The notes beneath the pieces are model-generated. The model saw only the letters and a program-made list of their open reading frames with translations. It searched no databases and was not told where the DNA came from. From the IMG/VR virus record IMGVR_UViG_3300025118_000012, positions 1 through 63,205 of that record: DNA of 63,205 bases; one strand, written 5' to 3'. This document shows positions 9,537 to 18,715 of the stretch, in pieces. The stretch comes from a virus. Lineage: Duplodnaviria; Caudoviricetes. The position numbers and the translations under genes were made by a program. Each line of letters opens with the position of its first letter. The first letter of the stretch is position 1.

Positions 9537-9606
9537 CCTAGAATTAATTAATTATGTCGACTGGCTAGGCAGACGGTATAGAGACGGCATAGTAAAATGG
9601 CTATAC
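9537..9606 (+). ncRNA. Candidate double-pseudoknot RNA downstream of the capsid gene
   Basis: 9551-59/9585-93 helix; 9561-63/9570-72; cctag 9537-41 with ctagg 9565-69; gtatag 9576-81 with ctatac 9601-06; TATAAT at 9524-29. Confidence 0.55.
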
Positions 9607-9621
9607 ACAAAGGAGAATATT

Positions 9622-10182
9622 ATGGCAAGAACAACGTTTAGTGGACCGGTAAGATCTTTAAGAGGATTCTTAGGAACAGGTCCAGAAATGGCACAATCAA
9701 TAGGTGCAGGAACTACCGATGGTGGAACTGACATTGCAGGGATTGATAAATATCAAGGTAAAGTAATAACATTAGGTGACAATGTTACTGTATTTAACTT
9801 ACCTTCAATTATTGCAACAGCAACTTCTGCAGTAGCAGGTGGAGATGATCCATCTTCTGCAAACAGAGTTGGAATGATGTATGAGTTTATCATGACTTCA
9901 AGTTTAACATCATCAAACACGTTTACTTTAAACGCAGGAACTGCTGCTGGAAGAGACACAGCGGATGTTTTTAGAGGTTGTGCATGGTACAACAATACAG
10001 CGACTGATCCAGGAGCTGTAACTGCTTTTACTGCAGGTGGTACTGACACTTTAACTTTAAGTGCAACTACTAAAGGTGGACTAGAAGGTGCTCACATAAG
10101 ATGTAGAGCAGTTGCTGGTTTAATTTGGTCAATTGATGCATTCCTAATTGGGAATGGTACATTTGCTCAACCTTGGAGTTAA
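9622..10182 (+). CDS. Virion structural protein (head fibre/decoration-like)
   Basis: MARTTFSGPVRS start; Ala/Gly/Thr-rich beta composition; position. Confidence 0.6.
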   Translation: MARTTFSGPVRSLRGFLGTGPEMAQSIGAGTTDGGTDIAGIDKYQGKVITLGDNVTVFNLPSIIATATSAVAGGDDPSSANRVGMMYEFIMTSSLTSSNTFTLNAGTAAGRDTADVFRGCAWYNNTATDPGAVTAFTAGGTDTLTLSATTKGGLEGAHIRCRAVAGLIWSIDAFLIGNGTFAQPWS

Positions 10183-10197
10183 TAGTTAAATAAAATT

Positions 10198-10217
10198 GGT
10201 GCTCCTCCGGGAGCACC
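10198..10217 (+). terminator. GC hairpin, weak terminator or stabiliser
   Basis: ggtgctcc-tccg-ggagcacc with no U tract. Confidence 0.45.
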
Positions 10218-10235
10218 TAATTAAAGGAGAATTTT

Positions 10236-10538
10236 ATGGGCGGATCAAGTTTTACAAGTGACCAGTCGAGTGCACATGCTACGGCTACGGGACAAATGGT
10301 TGCTGTAGGCGGAACAGGCTTAACAAATAGAACAAGATTAACCTCTATTCAGGCAAAAGGTAATGCAAGTGGATCTATTATTTTTAAAAGTGGTGGAGGT
10401 TCTGGAACTACAATCGCAACTTATTTGTTTGGAACTGAAGGTTTAGATATGTACTTACCGGGTTCAGGAATTTTATTTAAAGATGGAATTCATGCAACTA
10501 TTGCTGGTACTGCTGGCGTAACTATTACATATACTTAA
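10236..10538 (+). CDS. Small virion structural protein
   Basis: Gly/Thr-rich, PGSGILFKDGI; RBS present. Confidence 0.6.
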   Translation: MGGSSFTSDQSSAHATATGQMVAVGGTGLTNRTRLTSIQAKGNASGSIIFKSGGGSGTTIATYLFGTEGLDMYLPGSGILFKDGIHATIAGTAGVTITYT

Positions 10539-10565
10539 TAGATAACAATTTAAACAAAGGGAAAT

Positions 10566-10805
10566 ATGGAATTGTGTTTAGAATGTAATCACTTATGTCA
10601 TTGTAAAGGTGTTGCCCCAAATCCAAATACAAATCAATGTATGGGAGATGACGGAAATTGCTTATGTATAGTGTGTAAGCATAATTCAACAGAAGGGAAG
10701 GATATGAACATAATTAAAAAAGTAATAAAATGGATATGGTCTATCATTTGTTGGCCTTTTAAAAAGGTTTTTAAATGGTTAGGGAGTTGTTTACCAAATG
10801 GCTAA
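10566..10805 (+). CDS. Cys/His-rich domain fused to a cationic amphipathic peptide
   Basis: CxxCxHxCHC...CxCxxCxH, then MNIIKKVIKWIWSIICWPFKKVFKWLG with a possible internal start at 10704. Confidence 0.65.
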   Translation: MELCLECNHLCHCKGVAPNPNTNQCMGDDGNCLCIVCKHNSTEGKDMNIIKKVIKWIWSIICWPFKKVFKWLGSCLPNG

Positions 10806-10995
10806 ATGCACTAAATGTTTTCACGATTGTCATTGCAGCGGGGATTTACACGCAGATGAATACGGCTCCTGTGCATGTAAAAATTGTGAATGTATAAATA
10901 AGCAAGAGAGAGCCCACGACTCAACTTATGAAACTAGTTATAAGAGTAATGGATGTGTTGTTGATGACACTGGGGAATGTGAAAGCTGTCAATGA
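10798..10995 (+). CDS. Cys-rich peptide ending ECESCQ
   Basis: CxxCxHxCHC...CxCxxCxC...CVVDDTGECESCQ. Confidence 0.7.
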   Translation: MAKCTKCFHDCHCSGDLHADEYGSCACKNCECINKQERAHDSTYETSYKSNGCVVDDTGECESCQ

Positions 10996-11243
10996 TGGAA
11001 AAAGTTTTAACTCTTCTAGTTGGACTGCTAATTGCATTAGGAGGATGGAGCTTATCTAGAACATTTGAACTTTCTACAACTCAAGCAGTTCTGGAAAATC
11101 AAATTGATCAATTAGAATTTAGAGTACAGATGTTAGATGAGAAGGTGGACAAGATGATGGACTCTGATGAAGAAATTATGGACCAACATAAAAAATTATT
11201 TGAAAAATTAGAATCAGGTAACACAGGGTATAGTTACAACTAA
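10992..11243 (+). CDS. Membrane-anchored coiled-coil protein
   Basis: N-terminal TM segment followed by heptad repeats. Confidence 0.65.
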   Translation: MMEKVLTLLVGLLIALGGWSLSRTFELSTTQAVLENQIDQLEFRVQMLDEKVDKMMDSDEEIMDQHKKLFEKLESGNTGYSYN

Positions 11244-11656
11244 TGGCACTCAAAATTTCAGACGAAGCAAAAGTTCAAATGCCGATGAAAACGGTTGCCA
11301 GCCTCATCGCGCTGGTCGCGATCGGAACCTGGGCTTTTTTCGGCATTCAAGAAAAATTAAATTCAAACTCAACAAAATTAGAACTAATGGAGAAGGATCT
11401 CGTAGAGAACACAGCTTTCCGTATCGGATGGCCTCGGGGTACTTTAGGAAGTCTTCCGGCTGATTCAGAACAATTTATGCTTATCGAAGAATTGTATAAG
11501 CAGGTAGAAAAATTGCAAGTACAACAAGAGTCTGGAATGCATAATAAAGTAAACATTGAATTTTTAACTAAACAATTAGAGAAGGCTTTAGAAGATATAG
11601 AAAAACTTAAAGACTCCAATAGAGAAATACATTATAAGAATGGAAAGACGGAGTAA
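11243..11656 (+). CDS. Membrane-anchored coiled-coil protein (spanin-like role possible)
   Basis: TM VASLIALVAIGTWAFFGI followed by a coiled coil. Confidence 0.6.
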   Translation: MALKISDEAKVQMPMKTVASLIALVAIGTWAFFGIQEKLNSNSTKLELMEKDLVENTAFRIGWPRGTLGSLPADSEQFMLIEELYKQVEKLQVQQESGMHNKVNIEFLTKQLEKALEDIEKLKDSNREIHYKNGKTE

Positions 11657-11660
11657 TTAA

Positions 11661-11897
11661 ATGACAGAATTAGTAGTAGCCCTATTAATGATAATCAATG
11701 GAGAGATTATAGAACACCGAATACAAATTGATCCTAAAACAGGTAAGCCTTCAATGGCAATGTGTTTAAAAGGTAAAAGACACGCTTCAAGAGGTGAAAA
11801 AAATAATCATATACAACACCAGTGTATAAAATCTATGGCTGAAACAGAGTTAAATATTGATGGTAGTAAAAGTATTAAAAAACTAATATTAGAATAA
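11661..11897 (+). CDS. Hypothetical protein
   Basis: Hydrophobic N-terminus, MAMCLKGKR, RBS. Confidence 0.6.
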   Translation: MTELVVALLMIINGEIIEHRIQIDPKTGKPSMAMCLKGKRHASRGEKNNHIQHQCIKSMAETELNIDGSKSIKKLILE

Positions 11898-11933
11898 TGA
11901 AAAAATTAAAAAAGTGACAAGAGAGGAGATAAT

Positions 11934-12134
11934 ATGAGTATAAAAGGAAAAATTAAATGGTTTAATGCCACTAAAGGTTATGGTTTTATAGCACGTGAAG
12001 ACAATGAAAAAGATGTTTTTGTACATAATTCAGCAGCACAAGCAGCTAACGTAGAGTTACGTGAAGGTGACACAATAACATTTGATGTTGAACTAGGACA
12101 AAAAGGGCCATCCGCAGTTAACTTGAATAAGTAA
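11934..12134 (+). CDS. cspA: Cold-shock protein
   Basis: [15 protein letters not shown] (RNP1) and DVFVH (RNP2); GGAG RBS. Confidence 0.96.
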   Translation: MSIKGKIKWFNATKGYGFIAREDNEKDVFVHNSAAQAANVELREGDTITFDVELGQKGPSAVNLNK

Positions 12135-12176
12135 TAGTATTAATATAAAATTCAACTTTACAAAAAGGAGAACATT

Positions 12177-12293
12177 ATGGAAAAAGTAATACAACAAGCT
12201 AAAAGAATATGGGGATTAGCTATAACTAACAAAAAAGTTACTGTTGGTATAGTTATCGCTATCTTAGTTATATACCACTTAGCTACTAAATAA
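12177..12293 (+). CDS. 38-aa single-TM peptide (not in ORF track)
   Basis: AAGGAG RBS; MEKVIQQAKRIWGLAITNKKVTVGIVIAILVIYHLATK. Confidence 0.7.
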   Translation: MEKVIQQAKRIWGLAITNKKVTVGIVIAILVIYHLATK

Positions 12294-12332
12294 ATTATTC
12301 ATATACAGTTAAAAATCGTAAAGAATGGAAAG

Positions 12333-12863
12333 ATGAAAATAAATAAAATAGTTCAAAGAAAAATTTCCATGGATTATGTTTTGTTTACTGGAAAGATAGA
12401 TATAGACACAAATTATTTTATTGAAAAAATAGATGAACAAATAAAAGGAGACGATAATCTTAATGGTAAAACAAATGTTATTGGTGGAATGACAAATTGG
12501 CATTTTTTTACACAAGATGAAAAATTTTGGACTCCTTTTTTTCCAGTTCAAGACTACATAGATCAAAAAGACTTATTTTCAGGAACAATTTATAAAATTA
12601 AAGAAGTATGGGGTTTATGTAATCCAAAAGGAGCTTATACTAGATTACATAAACATTTTCCTTCAGTATTTGGAGGAGTTATATATTTAAATAGTAGTGA
12701 TCAAAAATTATTTTTTCCTGATATTGGTGAAGAAATTAAACCAGAACCAGGAACGTTTGCAATTTTTAGTGGTTTTTTAAATCATTATACAAACCGAAAC
12801 ACTAATAATGTTCCAAAATATGCGTTAAGTTTAAACGCTTACGCAAACATGATAGGAGAATGA
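12333..12863 (+). CDS. Putative 2OG-Fe(II) oxygenase
   Basis: WG...YTRLHKH, GVIYL, FSGFLNH, KYALSLN. Confidence 0.75.
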   Translation: MKINKIVQRKISMDYVLFTGKIDIDTNYFIEKIDEQIKGDDNLNGKTNVIGGMTNWHFFTQDEKFWTPFFPVQDYIDQKDLFSGTIYKIKEVWGLCNPKGAYTRLHKHFPSVFGGVIYLNSSDQKLFFPDIGEEIKPEPGTFAIFSGFLNHYTNRNTNNVPKYALSLNAYANMIGE

Positions 12864-12864
12864 T

Positions 12865-13341
12865 ATGAATTTAAGTCGTAACTTTAGTTTACAGGAATTA
12901 ATCAAATCGGACACAGCGATTCGTAAGGGTATCAACAATAATCCAAACGCAGGTCAGATAGAAAAATTAAAAGAACTTTGTGAAAATATTTTACAGCCAG
13001 TACGAGACCATTTTGGTAGAATTAAGATTACCAGCGGATTTCGTAGCGAAGAGTTGTGTCTTGCCATCGGCAGCTCAGTCAATAGTCAGCATACAAAAGC
13101 TGAGGCGGCGGATTTCGAATGTATGGGCACAGATAATGCTGAACTAGCTGATTGGATTTATAAAAATCTTCCATTTGACCAGCTAATTCTTGAGTTCTAC
13201 ACTCCTGGCGAACCAAACAGCGGGTGGATCCATTGTAGTTTTGTACCCGAAGAGAGACGTGCTTCTTTTCTGCATGCATATAAAAATGAAGAAAAAACCA
13301 AATATAAACCAGTTATCGGTAAAGCCACAGACCTCGTATAA
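12865..13341 (+). CDS. Endolysin, peptidase M15 family
   Basis: ITSGFRS, SQHTKAEAAD and WIH zinc-binding motifs. Confidence 0.9.
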   Translation: MNLSRNFSLQELIKSDTAIRKGINNNPNAGQIEKLKELCENILQPVRDHFGRIKITSGFRSEELCLAIGSSVNSQHTKAEAADFECMGTDNAELADWIYKNLPFDQLILEFYTPGEPNSGWIHCSFVPEERRASFLHAYKNEEKTKYKPVIGKATDLV

Positions 13342-13450
13342 CCCTATAGCGAAAAATCTAAGGTCTAGAACTTATAAACAGAAAGTGATACAATCGAAGA
13401 AATTGTATAATCGCAAAAAGGAGAAACATGGCTATCAAACACAGGATTAA
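13286..13450 (+). CDS. ArfA-like basic peptide (start uncertain)
   Basis: NPIAKNLRSRTYKQKVIQSKKLYNRKKEKH; overlaps the endolysin 3' end. Confidence 0.5.
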   Translation: MKKKPNINQLSVKPQTSYNPIAKNLRSRTYKQKVIQSKKLYNRKKEKHGYQTQD

Positions 13451-13634
13451 ATTTAAGGCAGCAATGGGAAGAGCAGCTTTTAGTGAGACTACATCACAAG
13501 CTCCAAGCACTAAAAATCAAGAAAAGTATATAGGTAGTCATATTAAATCAGAAATTGATGGAAAATACGTCTCCAACAAAAGTTATGAAAATTATTACGG
13601 AGAATTTTTAAAAGGTATTAAGAAGGTAAATTAA
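13428..13634 (+). CDS. Hypothetical protein
   Basis: AAGGAG RBS; C-terminal NKSYENYYG. Confidence 0.65.
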   Translation: MAIKHRIKFKAAMGRAAFSETTSQAPSTKNQEKYIGSHIKSEIDGKYVSNKSYENYYGEFLKGIKKVN

Positions 13635-13635
13635 T

Positions 13636-14331
13636 ATGGCAACATCAGGATCTACATCATTTAATCTTAGTATTGATGATATTATTCAAGAAGGTTATCA
13701 AAGATGTGGGGTTAGAACTAACTCAGGATATGATCTTAAATCTGCAAGAACAAGTTTAAATTTGCTTTTTGCTGAATGGGGTAACAGAGGCATTCATCTT
13801 TGGAAAGTTGAATTAGACGAATCACAATTAGTGGAAGGACAAGCTGCTTACACAGTAGCAACTGATGTTAGTGATATCTTAGAGGCTTTTATTTCTACGT
13901 CAGCAGCTTCATCTAATTCTACAGAAACGGAAGATTTATCTCTTACAAAAATTGATCGTTCAACTTACGCTGCAATACCAAATAAATATTCTAAAGGATC
14001 ACCTTCACAGTATTATGTTTCTAGACAAACAACACCAGTAATTTATTTATATCAAACTCCAGATTTAAATAATTACACTTATATAAAATATTATGTAATT
14101 AAAAGAATTGAAGATTCAGGTAAATATACAAACACTGCAGATGTAGCATATAGATTTTTACCATGCATGACTGCAGGTTTAGCTTATTATCTTGCCATGA
14201 AAATTAAACCAGAACTTGTACAACAAAATAAATTAATTTATGAAGATGAATTGAAAAGAGCACTTGAAGAAGATGGTCAAAGAGCTTCAACTTTTGTAAC
14301 GCCTCAATCATTTTATCCGAGTGGAGTTTAA
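13636..14331 (+). CDS. Head-tail adaptor protein
   Basis: ARTSLNLLFAEWGNRG, GLAYYLA; first gene of the tail module. Confidence 0.7.
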   Translation: MATSGSTSFNLSIDDIIQEGYQRCGVRTNSGYDLKSARTSLNLLFAEWGNRGIHLWKVELDESQLVEGQAAYTVATDVSDILEAFISTSAASSNSTETEDLSLTKIDRSTYAAIPNKYSKGSPSQYYVSRQTTPVIYLYQTPDLNNYTYIKYYVIKRIEDSGKYTNTADVAYRFLPCMTAGLAYYLAMKIKPELVQQNKLIYEDELKRALEEDGQRASTFVTPQSFYPSGV

Positions 14332-14333
14332 TT

Positions 14334-14795
14334 ATGGGAAAATTTGCAACAGGAAAACAATCATTAGCAATTTCTGATAGATCAGGAATGGCTTTTCCAT
14401 ATGAAGAAATGGTTAAAGAATGGACTGGTGCATTAGTTCATTATTCTGAGTTTGAACCAAAGCAACCACAAATACGTAGAAAAAGAGTAACCGCAGATGC
14501 AATTGCATTACAGAACCCAAGAGTTCAAAAATACCAACAACCGCAGGTCATGTCTTCATTAAATCCAACGTTTGCTCCTAACGATGCGTCTATTGTAGCT
14601 TCGGGTGGAATAACTGTTTGTATTGCAAATTTAGATTTACCTGGAGACTTTGCATTTAAAACACAAGAATTTAAGATTACAAGAGATGGAGTTACTGAAA
14701 CACTTTATAGTATGATTCCAGAAAATCCTTCCTTACAAAATAGAAGAAGAGAACTTATTCCAACAATAGGAAAAGTAACAGTGAGTATTACATAA
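14334..14795 (+). CDS. Virion-associated hypothetical protein
   Basis: AISDRSG...EWTG...EPKQPQ; translationally coupled. Confidence 0.65.
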   Translation: MGKFATGKQSLAISDRSGMAFPYEEMVKEWTGALVHYSEFEPKQPQIRRKRVTADAIALQNPRVQKYQQPQVMSSLNPTFAPNDASIVASGGITVCIANLDLPGDFAFKTQEFKITRDGVTETLYSMIPENPSLQNRRRELIPTIGKVTVSIT

Positions 14796-15454
14796 TGGCA
14801 ATAACACATTCAAATTTTTTAACAGAAGTAAGAAATTATACAGAGGTAACTTCTACAGTATTAACTGATGCAATAATAGAAGATTTTATTAGAAACGTTG
14901 AGTTAGACATAGCTGGTAAAGTTGATTATGATGACTTAAGAAAGTATTCAACTTCTAATTTTACTAAGGATAATAGATATGTATCTATGCCTGCAGATTG
15001 TATGATTATAAGATCTGTACAGCATATAGCATCTGGTGGTGATAGAACTTTCTTAGAAAAAAGAGATACTAGTTTTATATCTGAATATAACAACGAAGGA
15101 ACAACAGGAACTCCTAAATATTGGGCTAATTGGGACGATTTCACTATACTATGTGCACCAATACCAAGTGCAGCAGACACTATACAAATTAATTATATAA
15201 TTGACCCACCTCATTTTTCCTCATCTTTACAAACCTTCTTAGCAAAATATCAAGAATCCATGTTATTACATGGTGTCTTAGCTGAAGCTTTTAGGTTTTT
15301 AAAAGGACCCGACAATCTATACAATCTATATTCTACCAAGTATAATGAAGAGATACAAAATTTTGCCTTACAACAAATGGGCAGAAGAAGACGTGCGGAG
15401 TATGATGAAGGTGTTCCAAGAGTTAAAATACCATCACCGTCTCCAAACAATTAA
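14795..15454 (+). CDS. Adaptor/tail tubular protein A-like
   Basis: GTPKYWA, LLHGVLAEAFRFLK; position. Confidence 0.6.
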   Translation: MAITHSNFLTEVRNYTEVTSTVLTDAIIEDFIRNVELDIAGKVDYDDLRKYSTSNFTKDNRYVSMPADCMIIRSVQHIASGGDRTFLEKRDTSFISEYNNEGTTGTPKYWANWDDFTILCAPIPSAADTIQINYIIDPPHFSSSLQTFLAKYQESMLLHGVLAEAFRFLKGPDNLYNLYSTKYNEEIQNFALQQMGRRRRAEYDEGVPRVKIPSPSPNN

Positions 15455-15475
15455 TTAATTATAAAGGAGGCCAAT

Positions 15476-15928
15476 ATGGCAATAACAACAAATGCAATTT
15501 GCGATTCGTTTAAGAAGCAATTGATGGGTGGAGAGCATGATTTCGATGCAGCTCCAAATGGTGATACATTTAAATTAGCAATGTACACTAACTCATCTAG
15601 TTTGGGTAAATCTACTGCAAACTACGCAACAGGAAACGAAGTAACTTCACCGTCAGGATATTCTGCAGGTGGAAAAGCTTTAGTAAACGCAGGATGTAAA
15701 GTTTCATCTTCAGTAGCAATTACTGATTTTGCTGACTTATCATTTCAAGGTGTAACATTGACTGCAAGAGGAGCATTAATTTACAATACAACTACTGATG
15801 GCGGAAGTAACACAACTGAAGCCGTAGCTGTTTTAGATTTTGGTGGTGATAAAACTGCAACTTCTGGAACTTTTACAATTCAGTTCCCTGCTTTCACAAC
15901 TTCGGCGGCTATACTTAGAATAGCATAA
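15476..15928 (+). CDS. Tail structural protein
   Basis: FKLAMY, TARGALIYN, VLDFGGDKT; strong RBS. Confidence 0.65.
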   Translation: MAITTNAICDSFKKQLMGGEHDFDAAPNGDTFKLAMYTNSSSLGKSTANYATGNEVTSPSGYSAGGKALVNAGCKVSSSVAITDFADLSFQGVTLTARGALIYNTTTDGGSNTTEAVAVLDFGGDKTATSGTFTIQFPAFTTSAAILRIA

Positions 15929-15944
15929 GGAGTAGAATGTTTTT

Positions 15945-17417
15945 ATGTCAAACACTTGGGGAGCACTTAAATGGTCGGATGGAAATTGGTCCGCACAAAA
16001 TGATTTCACAGTAGAAGTCACTGGTTTAAGCGCATCCTCAAGTCTTGGCACACATTCAATAGAATTAAATACAATAGAACCTGTTACTGGCCAAGTAGCT
16101 ACAATGTCAACAGGGCAAGCCTCTGTTGAACTTGTAAACAACGGGTGGGGCGCAAACACCTGGAGCTTTAGTGAATGGGGACAAGTAGGTAATATTGTAA
16201 CTGGGCAACAAGCAACATTAACTGTTGCAAGTGTAACACCAGTAATCGATGTATCATTTTCTGTTTCAGGAATTAGTTCGACTACATCAATCGGATCAAA
16301 TTCTGTTACAATCAATCAAACTTTAACACTAACAGGACAAACCTTAACATCAAGCATTGGAAATGCTGATCCAGCACCAGATGCTATGATTGTTGGACAA
16401 TCGATGACCACTTCAATAGGAAGTGTAACAGCCGAAGGTATTATAGAAGTTGGTTGGGGCGGAGATAGTTGGGGTCAAAACCAATGGGGTGAATTGAATG
16501 CTCCTACTGTTCCTGTTACTGGAGCAAGCGCAACCATAACTGCGGGAACTGGAACGACCGTTGCAGCACAAGCAACAGCTTCGCCAAGCGGAATATCAAT
16601 TACTCCTTCCATAGGAACAGCTTTAGGCGGAACATCGCATACACAAGCTGTAACAGGTGTTTCAATGACATCTCAAATAGGAACTGAAGTAATTAATATA
16701 GGAGTTCATACTACCGGTTCTACAGCTACCATGACTGCGGGTCAAAGTACAATCGATCCAACATATTTAATTGGTGAAGGTTGGGGTAGAGATGCTTATG
16801 GTAACTTAGGATGGGGAGTTAATTATTCAGCAATAAATTCTGGAGGTTTAGAATTAACTTCATCGATAGGTAGCGAAGCTGTAACTGCTGATGCAAATGT
16901 TACTGTATCTGGTTTAGGTATGACTTCTACGTTTGGAGTTTACTCAGTACAAGCAGATGCTGATATATCACTAACTGTAGCTGAACACACAATGACATCG
17001 TCATTAGGTTCAATTAATTTAATTCAAACTACAAATGAATCAGTAACTGGACAATCTTTAACATCCTCTATGGGTGATGGAGAAGCAGGTCTATTCCTTG
17101 TGGTTCCTGTAACAGGTTCACAAGCTACAATATCTCAAGGAACTACGTCACTTGAGCAAAGCACAGTAGAACCTGTAACTGGACAATCTTTAACATCGTC
17201 TGTTGGAACTGTTACTGAAATCCCTGCACAAATAGTGGGAGTTAGTGGTATATCCATGACTGCTTCAATAGGGGAGGAAGGAACCGCTTCTGATGCAAAC
17301 GTCACCCTTACGGGCATATCATTGACAGTATCTACGGGAGAGGTTAATATTACAGCATGGTCTGAAATTGACATAGGAGTTCTTAATATTTGGCACGATG
17401 TTGATTTGGCAGCCTGA
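15945..17417 (+). CDS. Repetitive Ser/Thr/Gly-rich fibre protein
   Basis: WG..xWG motifs and VTGQSLTSSxG repeats. Confidence 0.65.
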   Translation: MSNTWGALKWSDGNWSAQNDFTVEVTGLSASSSLGTHSIELNTIEPVTGQVATMSTGQASVELVNNGWGANTWSFSEWGQVGNIVTGQQATLTVASVTPVIDVSFSVSGISSTTSIGSNSVTINQTLTLTGQTLTSSIGNADPAPDAMIVGQSMTTSIGSVTAEGIIEVGWGGDSWGQNQWGELNAPTVPVTGASATITAGTGTTVAAQATASPSGISITPSIGTALGGTSHTQAVTGVSMTSQIGTEVINIGVHTTGSTATMTAGQSTIDPTYLIGEGWGRDAYGNLGWGVNYSAINSGGLELTSSIGSEAVTADANVTVSGLGMTSTFGVYSVQADADISLTVAEHTMTSSLGSINLIQTTNESVTGQSLTSSMGDGEAGLFLVVPVTGSQATISQGTTSLEQSTVEPVTGQSLTSSVGTVTEIPAQIVGVSGISMTASIGEEGTASDANVTLTGISLTVSTGEVNITAWSEIDIGVLNIWHDVDLAA

Positions 17418-17454
17418 TTAAGATAAAATACAACTATTAAGGAGAATTAATTTT

Positions 17455-18714
17455 ATGGCATCAACTTATTCAAGTGATATAAAACTAGAACTTATGGCGA
17501 CTGGCGAAAACGCTGGTACATGGGGTGATAAAACAAATACAAATTTAAATCTTTTACAACAAGCAATTGCAGGATATGAAGCAGTAACACTTTCAAGTGG
17601 TGGAACTGTTGCTCTTGCTATGACAGATGGAACATTATCCAATGCTCGTAACCTGGTAATCAAATTTGCAACTGCTTCTATTGCAGCAAGCACAATATGT
17701 ACTATACCAGACAGTATTGAAAAATTTTATATTTTTGATTGTAGTGGTTTAACTAACCCTACAAACTTAACAATTAAAACTGCATCAGGAACTGGATTTA
17801 CTCCAGACGCAGCAAAAATTTATGCTGCATATTCTGATGGAACAAACCTTGTAGAAGTATCTCTTGATACTTTAGGTGGAGCTGTTGGACCTGCACAAAT
17901 TGAAGACGATGCTGTAACTACAGATAAAATTTTAGATGACAATGTAACTTATGCAAAAATGCAAGACACATCTGCTGATAACAGAGTTTTAGGCGCTGCT
18001 ACTGCTGGAACGATTGGAGAAGTTCAAATTGCTACAGATATGATCGCAGACGATGCCGTTGATGCAGACAAACTTGATAACACGACTGTATCTGCAGGAT
18101 CTTACACTTCTGCATCAATTACAGTTGATGCTCAAGGAAGATTAACTGCTGCTTCATCTGGTTCTGCAGGTGGTGGCGGATTTGAACCATTAACTTTTGC
18201 AACAGGTAACGGAACTTATACATCAAGCTCAAACGCATCTTACGTTGCAGCCCTTCTATGGGGTGGCGGTGGCGGAGGAGCAGGAGGCTCACAATGTTGT
18301 GGTGGCGGAACTGGAGGAGGAGGAGGATTTGGTTTCTTCGGTGGCCCAATAACTCACCCTGTATCTTATGCATACACTCTTGGATCTGGAGGAAATAAAG
18401 GTAACGGAAACCCTAACCCAGGACATGGAAATGCGGGGAACGCAGGAAATGGATCTACACTAACAAACATTGGTACATCTAATGGAGGAACTGGTGCAGG
18501 ATCCCATACTAATAACCAAGGTGGACCAGCAGGCAGTACAGGTTCAGCTCCAGGTGCTAAAATGGATATGTCAAACAACTTTAGAAGTTATTTGGTAGGA
18601 TCTTCTTATGGTGCTGGTGGAACTGGTGGAACTTCAATGCCAGGCGGTAGTATGAGTGGTGGAAATGCTGGTCAAGGTGGCGCAATATTCATTCTAGAAA
18701 ATACAGGAGCATAA
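17455..18714 (+). CDS. Tail fibre with C-terminal glycine-rich domain
   Basis: GENAGTWG anchor, VT..KI.D repeats, ITVDAQGRLTAASSG, polyglycine C-domain. Confidence 0.8.
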   Translation: MASTYSSDIKLELMATGENAGTWGDKTNTNLNLLQQAIAGYEAVTLSSGGTVALAMTDGTLSNARNLVIKFATASIAASTICTIPDSIEKFYIFDCSGLTNPTNLTIKTASGTGFTPDAAKIYAAYSDGTNLVEVSLDTLGGAVGPAQIEDDAVTTDKILDDNVTYAKMQDTSADNRVLGAATAGTIGEVQIATDMIADDAVDADKLDNTTVSAGSYTSASITVDAQGRLTAASSGSAGGGGFEPLTFATGNGTYTSSSNASYVAALLWGGGGGGAGGSQCCGGGTGGGGGFGFFGGPITHPVSYAYTLGSGGNKGNGNPNPGHGNAGNAGNGSTLTNIGTSNGGTGAGSHTNNQGGPAGSTGSAPGAKMDMSNNFRSYLVGSSYGAGGTGGTSMPGGSMSGGNAGQGGAIFILENTGA

Positions 18715-18715
18715 T

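Noticed and set aside
11897-11917. MKKLKK mini-ORF before cspA
   Set aside because: Too short to distinguish from chance; cspA has its own strong RBS.
11636-12333. 13-bp direct repeat aagaatggaaaga flanking the cspA region
   Set aside because: Purine-rich, likely by chance in AT-rich DNA, and deletion would not restore a sensible junction, unlike the hsp20 case.
15945-18714. Diversity-generating retroelement acting on fibre genes
   Set aside because: No reverse transcriptase and no adenine-mismatched template/variable repeat pair; the repeats reflect protein periodicity.
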